The position numbers and the translations under genes are program-made. The notes beneath the pieces were generated by a model. The model did not search any database. It was not told the DNA's origin and was given only the letters and a program-made list of their open reading frames with translations. From assembly GCA_964016885.1 (NCBI GenBank), contig OZ024740.1, positions 166,408,001 through 166,472,000 of the forward strand: a stretch of DNA of 64,000 nucleotides, given 5' to 3'. The stretch is from Eledone cirrhosa (taxonomy: Eukaryota). The first letter of the stretch is position 1, and each line of letters starts with the position of its first letter. Below, piece by piece: positions 15,546 to 27,816 of this stretch.

Positions 15546-15750
15546 ATGTATATATATGAGTGTGTATATATATGTATATATATATATATATATATATTGT
15601 TATACTTTGGGAGGGTCATGTTGCCAATAAGAAACACACGCACCAGCTACTTTCACTTCAATTTATTATAATAAATTTATAATAAATTTATAAATTTATA
15701 AATTTCTGGTTGGTTGGTTGGTTCCACAACCAGATAGTTGTTTATATATT

Positions 15751-15793
15751 GTCATAGTTCTTTCGTCACACACTATGTGACCTCTTCAGTGAC
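15751..15793 (-). ncRNA. Minimal type I hammerhead ribozyme in the Neptune-like pLTR
   Basis: GTCA-CTGAAGA-G-GTCACA tagtg TGTGAC-GAAA-GAAC-TA-TGAC. Confidence 0.8.
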
Positions 15794-16070
15794 TGGGGAT
15801 TCCTTTCTTTGTTCCTGTGCCTCTCCTTTGTTCTGTCCTACGCCATTTTGTTTCTGTGTGTGTGTTGTGTGCTCAGTCTGCGCATGCGCCACATCCGGGT
15901 GTCTATGTGGGTTTATCTTCATTTATTTATTTGTTTATTTACATGTTACTAGTTGGTTATTTGTTCTGTGTGTGTGTGTTGTGTGTTTTCATTTTGTCCT
16001 TAATTGTAAGTTGTGATCTTGCTGTTCCACTCATATTTTCTATTTAATTTTGGTTGTAATTCTTTTATGT

Positions 16071-17890
16071 TTATTGCCTCTGTAATTTGTCTAAACATTG
16101 CGTCTTTTCTGTGTGTAGATTCCATTTTATTTCTATGTTGTCTAATTTACCCTTGTGTTCTATTTTAGCATGTTGGTAGAGTACAGATGATTCTTTACTA
16201 TCTTGAAGGTCTCGCCAGTGTTCATTTATCCGTTCTCCTACACTACGAGCTGTCGCACCTATGTACACTATATTTTTGTCTCTACATTGTCCTTCAGTAC
16301 ATCTTATGCTATACACTACATTTCTAGTTTTGCAGTTAATATGGGGCTTATTTTACAGGTTATACATTTCTTATCTATACATGAGGGTCATTGAAAAGGG
16401 TATGTCTTGCTAATAAGTGTTTTTACGGAGGTACCTGGTCTTTCTACTATCTTAATATTGAGTTTATGTTTGTTTAGGGCCCTTCTAAATTTGTAAGCTA
16501 ATTCCCCTCTAGGGGTTGTATCGATGAACATTACACTCTGGTATTTATTGCTATCATACCATGAGTTTATTCTATTAGCCTTGTTCCTAGTTCTTTCTAT
16601 TCTATTCTAAAATTTGCTCCTATACAAGGGGCAGGTCCCATTTATGTCATTATTTACCATTTTTTCCCATTTGGTTCTGGCTCCTCTATACACTCTGATT
16701 TTATCTCTCTGATTGTAGCCAGAGAACTGCATACGGTGGATGAAGTGTTGTATGTGTATCTCTAGTTCTTCGGGGTTGCACATGCGGGACACGTTTCTCA
16801 TCACCCGTACCAAATCCGCAATCAGTATGTTGATTTTGGTATGTTCCGAAACGGCCGAGTTTCGGTGGATCAGATGTTTGGATGTCATGGGTTTGGCATA
16901 ATGGGAATGGAGGATTTGTTTTTTGTTGTTAATGGTATCTAACCAGAGCTCTGTGTCTAGTACAGGTAATCGATGGTTGGGGTGTTTACTTGGGTAGTCT
17001 ATAGTAACTCTAATGCTCTGGTGGCTGGAGTTTGCTACTTGCTGGATGCTTTCCATTGTGTTTTTCTCTAGTTCCTGACTGTTCTCTAGAGGGGGTGTCT
17101 TAACTACGATGTTTATATCATCAACGTAGCGGGAGTACATTATCAGGGTTAAGGGGGCTTCTAATTGTTCTTTAAGTTTAAGTTTAAGTCTACTGTCCCA
17201 CCATACCATGAATAAGTTAGCTATGTCGTCTGCAATGCTAACACCAATGGCTGCTCCTTCCTCTTGGGCATATGTTTTTCCGTTAAATTTGAACATATGT
17301 CCCTTAATGGTTAGTTTTATGCTGGCCCCTACCGCATGTGCAATCATTTTCTTCAGTTCATCGTGGTTTTCGGGTGTCCGTATGGCTCTGGTCCACCCGT
17401 TCCATCTATCTGTGTGGGTTTTCTTGACCATTGAGGTAATGGTAGGTGGTCTGCCTCTTGCTGGTCTTGTAGGGCACAGGTTGCTAAGGTCATATGTGTC
17501 TAGGTAATTATTACTATAGATAAGTTTAAGTAGGAGTCCCAGCTCACTGGTATCAATCCCACGGAACTCAACATTGCTCTCACTGATCATTTCTACGCAT
17601 TTTTCCACAGCAAAATCCACGTCAATAGATGGATACATGGACGCAACATCCATACTACCTATTATGCAGTTTGTTAGGTCCCTAGATCGGTTACTCACGC
17701 CGATTCTGCTGAGGAGGTCCTCCGTGCTGTCACATACATCTGGGGACATTTCAATGATGGGGCGTATGATCAGGGAGAGGAAGTAGGAAGGTCTGTAGTT
17801 ACTAGCAATGTTAGCTCCACAGACTGGCCGTGTTGGTGGTCCCGTGACAGGGTCACTGCCCGTTTTATGGTCTTTTCGAAGCCCATAAAA
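16071..17890 (-). pseudogene. PLE reverse transcriptase + GIY-YIG reading frame, disrupted
   Basis: The frame continues past the TAG at 16607 (probably TGG) and a TGA at ~16390, with a frameshift near 16340 into the GIY-YIG segment. Confidence 0.88.
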
Positions 17891-17916
17891 CTAACCCTTA
17901 AGGAACATATGATATA

Positions 17917-17919
<3 letters not shown>

Positions 17920-17978
<59 letters not shown>

Positions 17979-17984
17979 GATATA

Positions 17985-18024
<40 letters not shown>

Positions 18025-18047
18025 GATATAAACATATATATATATAT

Positions 18048-18081
<34 letters not shown>

Positions 18082-18112
18082 ATTATATATATATATATAT
18101 TATATATATACA

Positions 18113-18188
<76 letters not shown>

Positions 18189-18190
18189 AT
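17920..18190. repeat. (TA)n microsatellite with interruptions
   Basis: TA run at the 5' junction of the PLE, with repeated TGATATAAACA interruptions. Confidence 0.98.
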
Positions 18191-20226
18191 ACACACATAT
18201 TGTAGAAGAATCTGTTGGTTCTTTAACTATAGGGATAGCTAATATTTAAAAGAAATAATTACTTAATTATTACAATGCCCTAATGCTAAAAGGCTAATGA
18301 TTAATAAACCGTTCATGTATCATCAGTAATGGGGAACGAGAGAGGCCCCTGTGGAATGCATAAGGGTAATTGAAGTGCTGTTATAAAACTTACAGTAGTG
18401 CTGACTAATATTCTGACTATAGACTAGTAAGTAGGATGACAAGTCAGCGATCCTAACAATAGGTAGTTCAAAAATGGTTTTGTTTTCTAATTAGCTTGAG
18501 TATTTTATTTTCATTAATTCTGAAATTATTGATGAAGGCGCAACAATTTAGATACTGATTAAATATAGTACAATGGCGTATATTGATGGCACATTTCATT
18601 TGAAACATTTAGAGCTATTGTACATAGATGCGTTCTTTATGTTTTTATTATATTTTAACTTACGTAGCAGTCTCAACTATGTAAACGCAAGGTTTATATC
18701 GTGCAATGGATCTCTACATTGCACTTAGTCGTTAGATGAAATAACCATGCATTATATGTCAGCTATTCTCGTATTATACATACACATCGAAGACAACATC
18801 TAATTAATCAACAAAGCATCATCTATTTGCATGGCATTTATGAAGATCCTTATTGAATATTGTATCTAATGTTACACAGGAAAACTGTATCCATACATAC
18901 ACGCTACTGCCTTTGAGACACTACTGTTTTCATTTGTTACCTACTTTGTTAAAAACCACAATGTGCATTTCGTTTTGAATTGTACTGGTAATGATAATGT
19001 TACTAATATTTCGACGCGGTTACATTTAAAAAGCAATAGAGACCTTGCAATAACATTATAGAGTCTATCCGTTGTGAATTACTGTGGGACAGCATGACAT
19101 TTCACAACAATTTGCTATTAATGGTCTTTCATGCTTTTAGATTCAGTTATCAAAAACAACATCTTTGTAAAAAATGAAAACAAATATGCTAAAAAGTATC
19201 ACAAATTGAACTTTTTCAGTTTTATGGTTTGTCTCTGTCTCAACCTAAACTACACCATCATACTTCCTATCGCATCATTTAGAGATAGCGTATAGCTCAT
19301 CATCCAAAGATAGTATATGTGCGTAGCCTAGAGTTTTAATGGGCTGCTACTTGGTGGCAGAAATTCATTCTTTCCAGATTTCAAGTTAGAATTATTTAAC
19401 TAAACGTTATTAAATGAACTAAATATAAACTCTTTCAGGCTTTGGTACAAAGTCATTATTGCTGTAACAGCTCATCTAATTAGGCCAGAAAAAATATCCA
19501 TATTTTGTTTATCTAAATTCCCCACTTGCTTTTTTACAAAAACAGCTTAAACTGGTAGTTACACAAGTGTTCTTCTGGTAGCCACCAATTCTGGCTATTG
19601 TCTTGCACCTCACAATAATGATTCAAGAATAATCACGAAAATGAAACAGAACACTTCACCATGGAGCTGACACGCAGTGCCTGCAACTTGATGTAGAATT
19701 TTATACGAATAATAAAACATAAATATTTAAACTAGTTATTTCCTGCAGATATTTGTAACACAAATGTGTGTAATGAAATCCCTTCACAATTTCGGAGCGG
19801 CTTCTCTATAAGCTAGCTTCTGGTTAAGAGCTAAACATCTTGAAATTCTCCTTCCTAGCATATAAAAGATATACATCGCCCAGTACATTAAGGAATAATG
19901 TCACTGAATCTGTTAGTTGACAACGTGACATTGTTATTAAGAACTTACAGTTTCTCTGTCAAGAAGTCCCTTATCATAAATCTTTCTTTTGACGCTCTCT
20001 TCTACTAATCAAGCCGTGTAATTTGGCAATTATGGTTAGAAGGCTGTAGTGAAATTCCAATTCACCTTCCCCGCGAACTAATAATAAAAGTTTGCTCCAT
20101 CAATCTAGGACTGCATATTCCAGCATCTTCCATTTTATAAAAAATTCTGTGCAGTTTTTTTTAAAGTTCCAAACGTCGTTTGCGAGCCTAGTGGTATAGG
20201 TTTAGATTCACACATCCATGTTAGTC

Positions 20227-20630
20227 ATAAATATAGGTAAATCTTTAAACGGCACATAGTAAAAATAGGATATTCATGTACTAAAAACATGAAAGCTTGC
20301 ATTAGCAATAAACGCAAGAGGCTTCTACTTTCTAGATATTCACATAGAAGGTCAGAAGCAAGCACCCTCGGCAAACGGAGTAACATTCCAGCGTTAATAT
20401 ATGAAGCTAAAGGGCTCTCCTACAACCAGAAGCCTGAACGTATCTTGGCATGTAAGAGAGCCGTTTCCTAACCAAGATACGACTTTCTGACAGCCTGACA
20501 AGAAACATGGCACAACGCTTACGAACCACATCGGGAAGCTCAGAGAAAAGGGCACAGATTTATCCATAAAATAGAGGGTACTGGAAAAACCCACCCACAC
20601 CATAGATTAATGGAGCGAAAACTTGTTACA
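20227..20630 (+). pseudogene. Degenerate PLE GIY-YIG endonuclease remnant
   Basis: HKYR*IFKRHIVKIGYSCTKNMKACIS, LIYEAK and [17 protein letters not shown] align with the C-terminus of the 47759-49864 ORF. Confidence 0.7.
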
Positions 20631-20649
20631 CACATACGCGCGCGCACGC

Positions 20650-20711
<62 letters not shown>

Positions 20712-20823
20712 GCACGCGCGCGCGCGCGCATACACACACACACACAAACACACACATATATATATATATAATAATAATAATAAAATGTGAAGAGGAAACA
20801 CACGAGTTAGGATATATATATAC

Positions 20824-21651
20824 ATATATGAAAACAGGGAGAAAAAGACGATTATTACGAAGAAAAATATATTGTTTTCCCTTTTTATTTCTTTATCTCT
20901 TTTTTCTGGATTAGAAAATGATTAAAACGAAATATTTTACTTTGTGTGAAGTGTTAAGGTATTAGTTGATTTATTTATTAATTAACAATGGCATTTATTT
21001 ATTTATATATTTAATAATTGTCTATTACCGGTTTCAGCATTTGTATGCATTATCAAATGATAATAATATGTATTGGTGTAGAATCGTGGTGTTGGACATG
21101 TTAAAGAAATGGTGTAGAACGAATAATGTTATTTACAAACAAGGTTTATGAAGTGAAAAGAAAAAGAAAAAGGAAAAAAGGGACGTAATGTGGGGCATAA
21201 TAAGGCAATGTGAAAGAAAAAATTTACAGGCATATTTCTTGAAGGTAAGCAGATCAAAATGTGTTAATATAGCAAGAGAGCTTAGTTGATCCCTTTTTTT
21301 CTTTTTTTCTTTTTCTTTTTTCTTTTCACTCATAAACCTTGTTTGTAAATAACATTATTCTTTCTTCACCATTTCTCTAACATGTCCAGCACCACCATTC
21401 TACACCAATACATATTATTATCATTTGATAATGCATAAAAATGGTGAAACCGGAAAAAGACAATTATTACATTTATAAATAAATAAATAAATGCCAATGT
21501 TAATTGATAAATAAATCAACTAATACCTTAACACCTCACACAAAGTAAAATATTTTGTTTTAATCATTTTCTAACCCAGAAAAAAGAGAGAAAGAAATAA
21601 AAAGGGAAAAAACAATATTTTTTTTCCTAATAATCGTCTTTTTCTCCCTGT

Positions 21652-21660
<9 letters not shown>
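20824..21660. repeat. Inverted repeat, ~360-bp arms (20824-21184 / 21289-21660), bounded by (TA)n; probable inverted pLTR pair
   Basis: Arms are diverged reverse complements. Each carries TTGATAA-TGCAT..ATG(C/G)T-GAAA-CCGG at 21021-21060 (-) and 21421-21460 (+). Confidence 0.88.
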
Positions 21661-21704
<44 letters not shown>

Positions 21705-21708
<4 letters not shown>

Positions 21709-22860
21709 TGAAAACGAACAAAGGAACTATTATGACATTATAACAAGTTTATTGCCGACAGCCGTTTCGTCCGACCATATTGTGGGACTTTTCAAGGCAT
21801 ATAACAGGTGATTGTAAGTTCATTATTTTCATCAACGTTTCACTCAAGATTAGCAGTTTGAAATTGTGGTATACATCAACAGCTCCGCTTGTATATTTGG
21901 GGTCTATATTCTAAGGGGGCTCTTTTATATTAGTTGTCGGAGTTGTAAAAGGGATGGGTTATGGGGAGTTAAGAGAATTTGAAAAGGGCCTAAGAGTCAG
22001 GGATTGAAGGTTAAAAATGAGAGAATTTATAATTTACGTATTAAAAGTAAAAGACTTGGGATCTCGTAGAAACACCTTAAAAAATCCCTCAATAAGTACA
22101 TAAAGCTTATAAGCCCCAATAAACCTAACAAACCAGAAGAGATTAAGAGACTAAAAAAATAAAAAAATAAAAATATAAAGTTTCCTAAAAAAATATAAAG
22201 TTTCCTAAAAAATTCCTTCGAAAGAAAGAAATTTTTTTCCAAGAGATCACGTTAACAAATTTCAGAAAATTTACGAAGTTTTGATAATCCCTACTAAGTT
22301 GAAAGAAACTAATCAATTAAAGGTTAATTCAAAACGCCTTCAAAAAATCCCTCAGAAAAGGCCCCTTTAATATTTTTAATAAGAACCTCCTCGGAGAGAC
22401 CCTTCAAAGAATTAACATTTTAGAGAGCCTTTAAAGATACATATAAACGAATTGAGGAAAATTACAAATTAAAAGTTAAAAATTACGGGATTTGGGAGAT
22501 CCGAGGAATTTTCAAAGGGCTGCTTCAACAGATACAACTTAGGTATAATAGATAAAGTAATTTAAGGCATTTAAGTAATCTAATTAGGGAGCAATTCAAA
22601 GAGCTTATCAAGTTGGGCAAGATTAAAGAAAATTATAAGAAAGAAAATACATAAGCAAAAAGACAATAATTATAAAATGTATTTTTAAGAAGGTATAAGG
22701 TAGCTTCAGTAATCTAATAATGTACTATCAAAAAATTATCATAAAATTATTAATATAGGATTAACAAAGACATAATAATATATTCCTGCCTAATTAACAA
22801 ACAATCAATAAACAATTAGCAGTCAAGCAAAATTAGCTCAGGGATATCCCACGCTCGGAT

Positions 22861-22865
<5 letters not shown>
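21705..22865 (-). mobile_element. PLE-derived element between (TA)n tracts
   Basis: Hammerhead near the 3' end; degenerate CL...SIIPK-like segment reminiscent of PLE N-termini around 22500-22600. Confidence 0.5.
21753..21799 (-). ncRNA. Type I hammerhead ribozyme with U3-A8 core covariation
   Basis: TGCC-TTGAAAA-GTCC..GGAC-GAAA-CGGCTG-TC-GGCA; GUC cleavage triplet. Confidence 0.8.
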
Positions 22866-22917
<52 letters not shown>

Positions 22918-22919
<2 letters not shown>

Positions 22920-23225
22920 GGAAGCCACCTACGCTTTTTTAGTGTGTTGCTGTACATGGTTTCAGAATGCATGAGTCGATATCCCATTGGGCTATGGAGA
23001 AACGATGTAACGGTTTGAGCCTTTCCCACTGACACCCCAGCGCTATTGGTGGTCAACCACGGTTGTAGGCAACGAGGCATGTGCTCAATACTTAGGGTTG
23101 TAGAGTAATAGGACAAAGTATGACCCCGACGGCTGAGCTCAAGCCGTTTCGACGGCTATTTCTGGACTCCAGAAATAGCCGTCGAAAGGGCTTGAGCCCT
23201 GCCGTCGGGGTGATACTTTCTCCTA
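22918..23225. mobile_element. Fold-back mini-element (family B) with atypical hammerhead-like motif in both arms
   Basis: Hairpin 23109-23225; long arm extends left to the (TA)n at 22918; homolog at 60503-60697. Confidence 0.75.
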
Positions 23226-23903
23226 TATATTTATATATATATATATATATAAATCATATAAATAATTGTTTGGATTTAGAATCCTTCAGAAATTGTACTC
23301 CATAAGATCAGTGGAGTACACTAATTTTCCTTCCAACTTTTTCTTGTAGCTACGAGAAAGTTGCATATCCAGTGATAGAACGACGTTCCCTTTCACAATA
23401 GTGTGAAATCTTAGATTTTAATAAGAGTATACACACACTGACAGACTTATTTAGATACACACGGTATACATATATAAAGATAAGTTTACGTATAATTTAG
23501 GTATAATTTGCGTTTCTTTTGAGCCCATTCGCATTACACACAAAACAAATATCTAAAGAAACATGTTTTACACACACGCACTTTTTAATGTGTGAGTGCG
23601 TGTACGTGTGCGTGTGTGTGCGCGTTTGTGAATGCGCATTTCTGTAAATGTGACCTAATAGGCATTCATTTCCTCGTATTTCAACGAGATAACACCCGGT
23701 CAAATCTCAGTGACAAAAGCACATATCCTTGTTTGGTGCGTTATTTTTGTTGGCTTTTATTGATAGACATGAATGTACGCGAGATTGTAAGTTTGTGTGT
23801 GTGATTATGCATGTGAGTATATATGCATATATGTAGGCTTTTATGTATATATTTGTGCGTGCATGTCTGTATGAGAGTTTGTAAGGAATGTTGTGCGTGT
23901 ACG

Positions 23904-23955
<52 letters not shown>

Positions 23956-24516
23956 TTAAGCTGCAGTGATATGTTTTATTTCATACTTTATAAGAAACTT
24001 TATCTACGTTTATCCAATCTTTTGCAATAACGAGTCAGACTGTCTGCAGAGTGTATGACAAGATTTCTAACTTTGAACTCCTTATCAGAATATACCAACG
24101 ATATATAATACTAACTCTCTTAAAGGTTCTCTACACCAATAATCTTATGTTATTTTGGTCGAAACAATTATCGCAGAAGAACGTAACACTAAGTCAGGTT
24201 GTGTTTCGTTAGTTTTAATATGATGTTCAAATCACGCAGAATTTAGCATTGCTGTCCATTCCTGGAGGTAGCTACACTGACTATTAAGCATGTAATGCTT
24301 TAATATGAGTTGACTATTCTCAATTCCTTTACTGATTGATACAGTGATACTGTGACAAGATGTCGGCAAGTAATGTCAATGATTGTACTATAAATTATTT
24401 AATGCAATATATATGCAGCTTTGAACACTTAACCAACTCTATTACTATTCCAAAGTAACATTCAGCACGCACACACACACGCAAACACACGCAGACACAC
24501 GCAAACACACATACAA

Positions 24517-24561
<45 letters not shown>

Positions 24562-24585
24562 CACACAGCTGTGTGTGTGTATGTA

Positions 24586-24624
<39 letters not shown>

Positions 24625-24628
<4 letters not shown>

Positions 24629-24823
24629 TTAATATAGATGAGATTCTACAGGACTAGAACTGTTTCACTCTTGAGAAATCATCAGGAATTCCTGATGATT
24701 TCTCGAGAATGAAACAGTTCTAGTCCTGTAGAATAGCATCTATATTAAAACTTTTATACTCTGCTATGTATTGAGTACCTTACTTACTCTGTTTACCTCC
24801 GATTCAACCCGGAATAACTTACC

Positions 24824-24825
<2 letters not shown>
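24625..24825. mobile_element. Fold-back mini-element (family A), two intact inverted hammerheads plus tail
   Basis: Near-perfect hairpin 24625-24752 centred on GAATTC (24686-24691), ~70-bp tail, (TA)n on both sides. Confidence 0.85.
24688..24734 (+). ncRNA. Type I hammerhead ribozyme (mirror copy at 24643-24689, minus strand)
   Basis: ATTC-CTGATGA-TTTCTCGAGAAT-GAAA-CAG ttctagtc CTG-TA-GAAT; GUA triplet. Confidence 0.82.
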
Positions 24826-24901
<76 letters not shown>

Positions 24902-25132
24902 GTTGTTATTGTTAGCATTAAACAAATAGGGAGTTAGATACCCAATAATTTAACTATATTTACTTCTCTTGTACGTCCCCCCCTCTCTCTCTCTCTATAT
25001 ATATATATAAATGTCTCTTCGTTTATATATATATATATATATATAGACGAAAGGACATATATATATATATACATATGTAATTATTTATTTATATATATAT
25101 TTATTTATACATGTGTGTGTGTGTGTGTGTGT

Positions 25133-25185
<53 letters not shown>

Positions 25186-25966
25186 TCTGTGTGTGTGTGT
25201 GTGTCTATGTAATCAGATATATTTACCTAGATACAAGACAAGATATCCGTCCTTAATTACTCAACTGTTTGGTAGAGTGTCACTAATTCTGATCTCTCGC
25301 TGGTACTATACTCTTTAATTGGCTATCGTATTCTTGACACGAAACGCCTTTGTTCGTTTCATTTGTTATGTCTAGAAACTTGCTGAAGAATTCGATTCGG
25401 TGTCGACCCAAAATTACATTTCACCCGTTAATTTCATTCCTACGCGCGGCAATTCACACGCACAGAAGCACACATATGTACACCTAGACACGCATTATCA
25501 AAACATCCTCACACTGACAGGCAAACAGAAACACATGTATATACTAACACATACCCGCACACACATACGAGAATTTACACATTCAGACTCACAGATCAAC
25601 GATGTTGAAGTATATTTATATAAACATACGCAAGCTCTCGTATAATCACTCACACACTCACAGAGAATCGCACATATGTACATATGTTACACGGTCACGC
25701 ATTCAACATGAAAACTCATATATACATAAACACAATTAACTCTCACACACCGATATACTCATACGCACAAAAACATATCATACACGAATCTGTACGTTAA
25801 AATATACACATTTCCATCGTCTTTCACTCAATTACTTTCTCTCTGTCTTATACACACTCATTGAAACACATGTAAACAAATGTAAATCAATTCTAACCCA
25901 TGCTAACTCCACCACCCACAAAAATATATGTATCCGTGTATGGGTGTGTGTGTGTTTCTGTGCATG

Positions 25967-26006
<40 letters not shown>

Positions 26007-26244
26007 AGTACATGAAATATATACTAGAGGAAACACAGTTAGTGATTGTAGTAACAGTATCTCACGGACATATATATACATCGGGAACAAATACACCATT
26101 TATTATGTGCATTTCGATAACAATGGCCTCAGCAAAGAAATTGGGCCCCATTAATATTGATTACGATAGTCAGCAAATAACCTTATTCATACTCATAAGA
26201 AGTGGTTCCTAGTATATATATTTATATATATATATAGAGAGAGA

Positions 26245-26305
26245 GAATATAGAAATGGCTTCTACAGGACTAGAACTGTTTCATTCTGGAGAAATCATTA
26301 GGAAT
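26245..26305 (-). mobile_element. Single-arm family-A mini-element (hammerhead with G5->A)
   Basis: TTC-CTAATGA-TTTCTCCAGAAT-GAAA-CAGTTCTAGTCCTG-TA-GAAG between microsatellites. Confidence 0.75.
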
Positions 26306-26430
26306 ATATATATATATATGAAATACGTCCCTTCACGCACAAGGCGCCAAGGTACGCATGTATTGTCCAACCAAGTGCCAATGTGGTTCAATGGCGGCTT
26401 AATAAATTAACGAGCCAGAACAAAAACCTT

Positions 26431-26514
<84 letters not shown>

Positions 26515-26671
26515 GTACCGACCTGTTGTTACGCGCGTCTCACATAGGATTGGCTCAGTGTCAGCCATGTAAATGAAACTTAATTTAAACAAAAAATTAA
26601 TATAAACACACCGCCTGTGCACCGAGTGCCCGTTTCGGTACCACCACGAGTAATTCACTGAATCACATAAA

Positions 26672-27025
26672 CTATATACCAGTAACATGTAAATAAACAA
26701 ATAAATAAACAAATAAAACACACACAGACACCACCCGGATGTAACACATGCGCAAACTAAGCACACCACACGCACAAAAACAAGGACAGAACAAAGGAGA
26801 GGCACAAAACAAAGAAAATAAGCCCCAGTCACTGAAGATGTCACAGAATGTGTGACGAAAGAACTTTGACAATGTATGAACAACCATCCGGTTGTGGTAC
26901 CAACCAACCAACCGGAAATTTATAAATTATTAAATTTATAAATTTAATTTATAATAAATTTGAGTGAAAGCATCTGGTACGTGTGTTTCTTATTGGCAAC
27001 ATGACCCTCCCAAAGTAGAGCAATA
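26672..27025 (+). mobile_element. Solo pLTR of the Neptune-like family, hammerhead at 26828-26870
   Basis: Reverse-complement homolog of 15597-15955; GTCA-CTGAAGA-T-GTCACA gaatg TGTGAC-GAAA-GAAC-TT-TGAC. Confidence 0.88.
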
Positions 27026-27081
27026 TCGGTTTCAACACACGTTTTCAGATAAAGAATCTTGCTAAACAAATTCAGAAACGA

Positions 27082-27169
<88 letters not shown>

Positions 27170-27317
27170 CAGTACATAGTGCCACGCTTGCATGGCCACT
27201 AACACTTCAGGGAGTCGTAGGGGCGTCGTATTTACATACATCCTTTCTGGGGAATTTAAAACCAGGTGGAACCCAATCTTCATCAAGTCTGAATATAGCA
27301 GATTTCTTCCAGAGAAG

Positions 27318-27376
<59 letters not shown>

Positions 27377-27393
27377 TGAGATAGAGGGATAGA

Positions 27394-27436
<43 letters not shown>

Positions 27437-27464
27437 GAAATGAGAAGTAGATATAGAGTAATAA

Positions 27465-27617
27465 TCAACTTGAGTACTAGACTGGCACTTTTTTATCGAC
27501 CTTGAATGGATGAAAGGCAAAGTTGACATCGGTGGGATTTGAACGCAGAGAGCAGAGAGCCGGAATGAGGCCAAGCATTTTATTTGACCTTCTAATGACT
27601 CTCCGAATTAGCTGCCT
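27465..27617 (-). mobile_element. Diverged family-1 SINE
   Basis: TTTTATCGAC..GGATGAAAGGCAAAGTTGAC..GGGATTTGAAC. Confidence 0.75.
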
Positions 27618-27816
27618 TATATAGATATATATACATTCATAAATGTATGTGCAGGTACCAATTGTTGGTAATTTAAATGGTATTGGAAGGAATTTATGTA
27701 TACATTTATAATTTTTTATTATCAATAAATCTACGAAGACAGACATCATTTTCAAAATCAAATTCCAGTTAAAGCATTATTTAATGTGATCCATATTAAA
27801 ACAATTATATTAGTTA

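Larger units (their letters stand above)
15597..17890 (-). mobile_element. 5'-truncated PLE (Neptune-like) with RT, GIY-YIG and pLTR
   Basis: FYGLRKDHK..GPPTRPVCGA, SMDVASMYPS, QEEGAAIG, SRYVDD, LPVLD, FSGY, PLYR, VYSIRC..YIGATARSVGERINEH; embedded in (TA)n. Confidence 0.92.

Noticed and set aside
16385-16612. In-frame TGA and TAG in the Neptune-like ORF as possible selenocysteine or read-through
   Set aside because: The TAG sits where Trp (TGG) is expected, the TGA fits CGA->TGA decay, and a frameshift follows. Ordinary pseudogenisation; no SECIS seen.
19540-19700. Possible host exon after a TTGCAG acceptor on the minus strand
   Set aside because: Stops in all three frames, no recognisable protein and no clear donor site.
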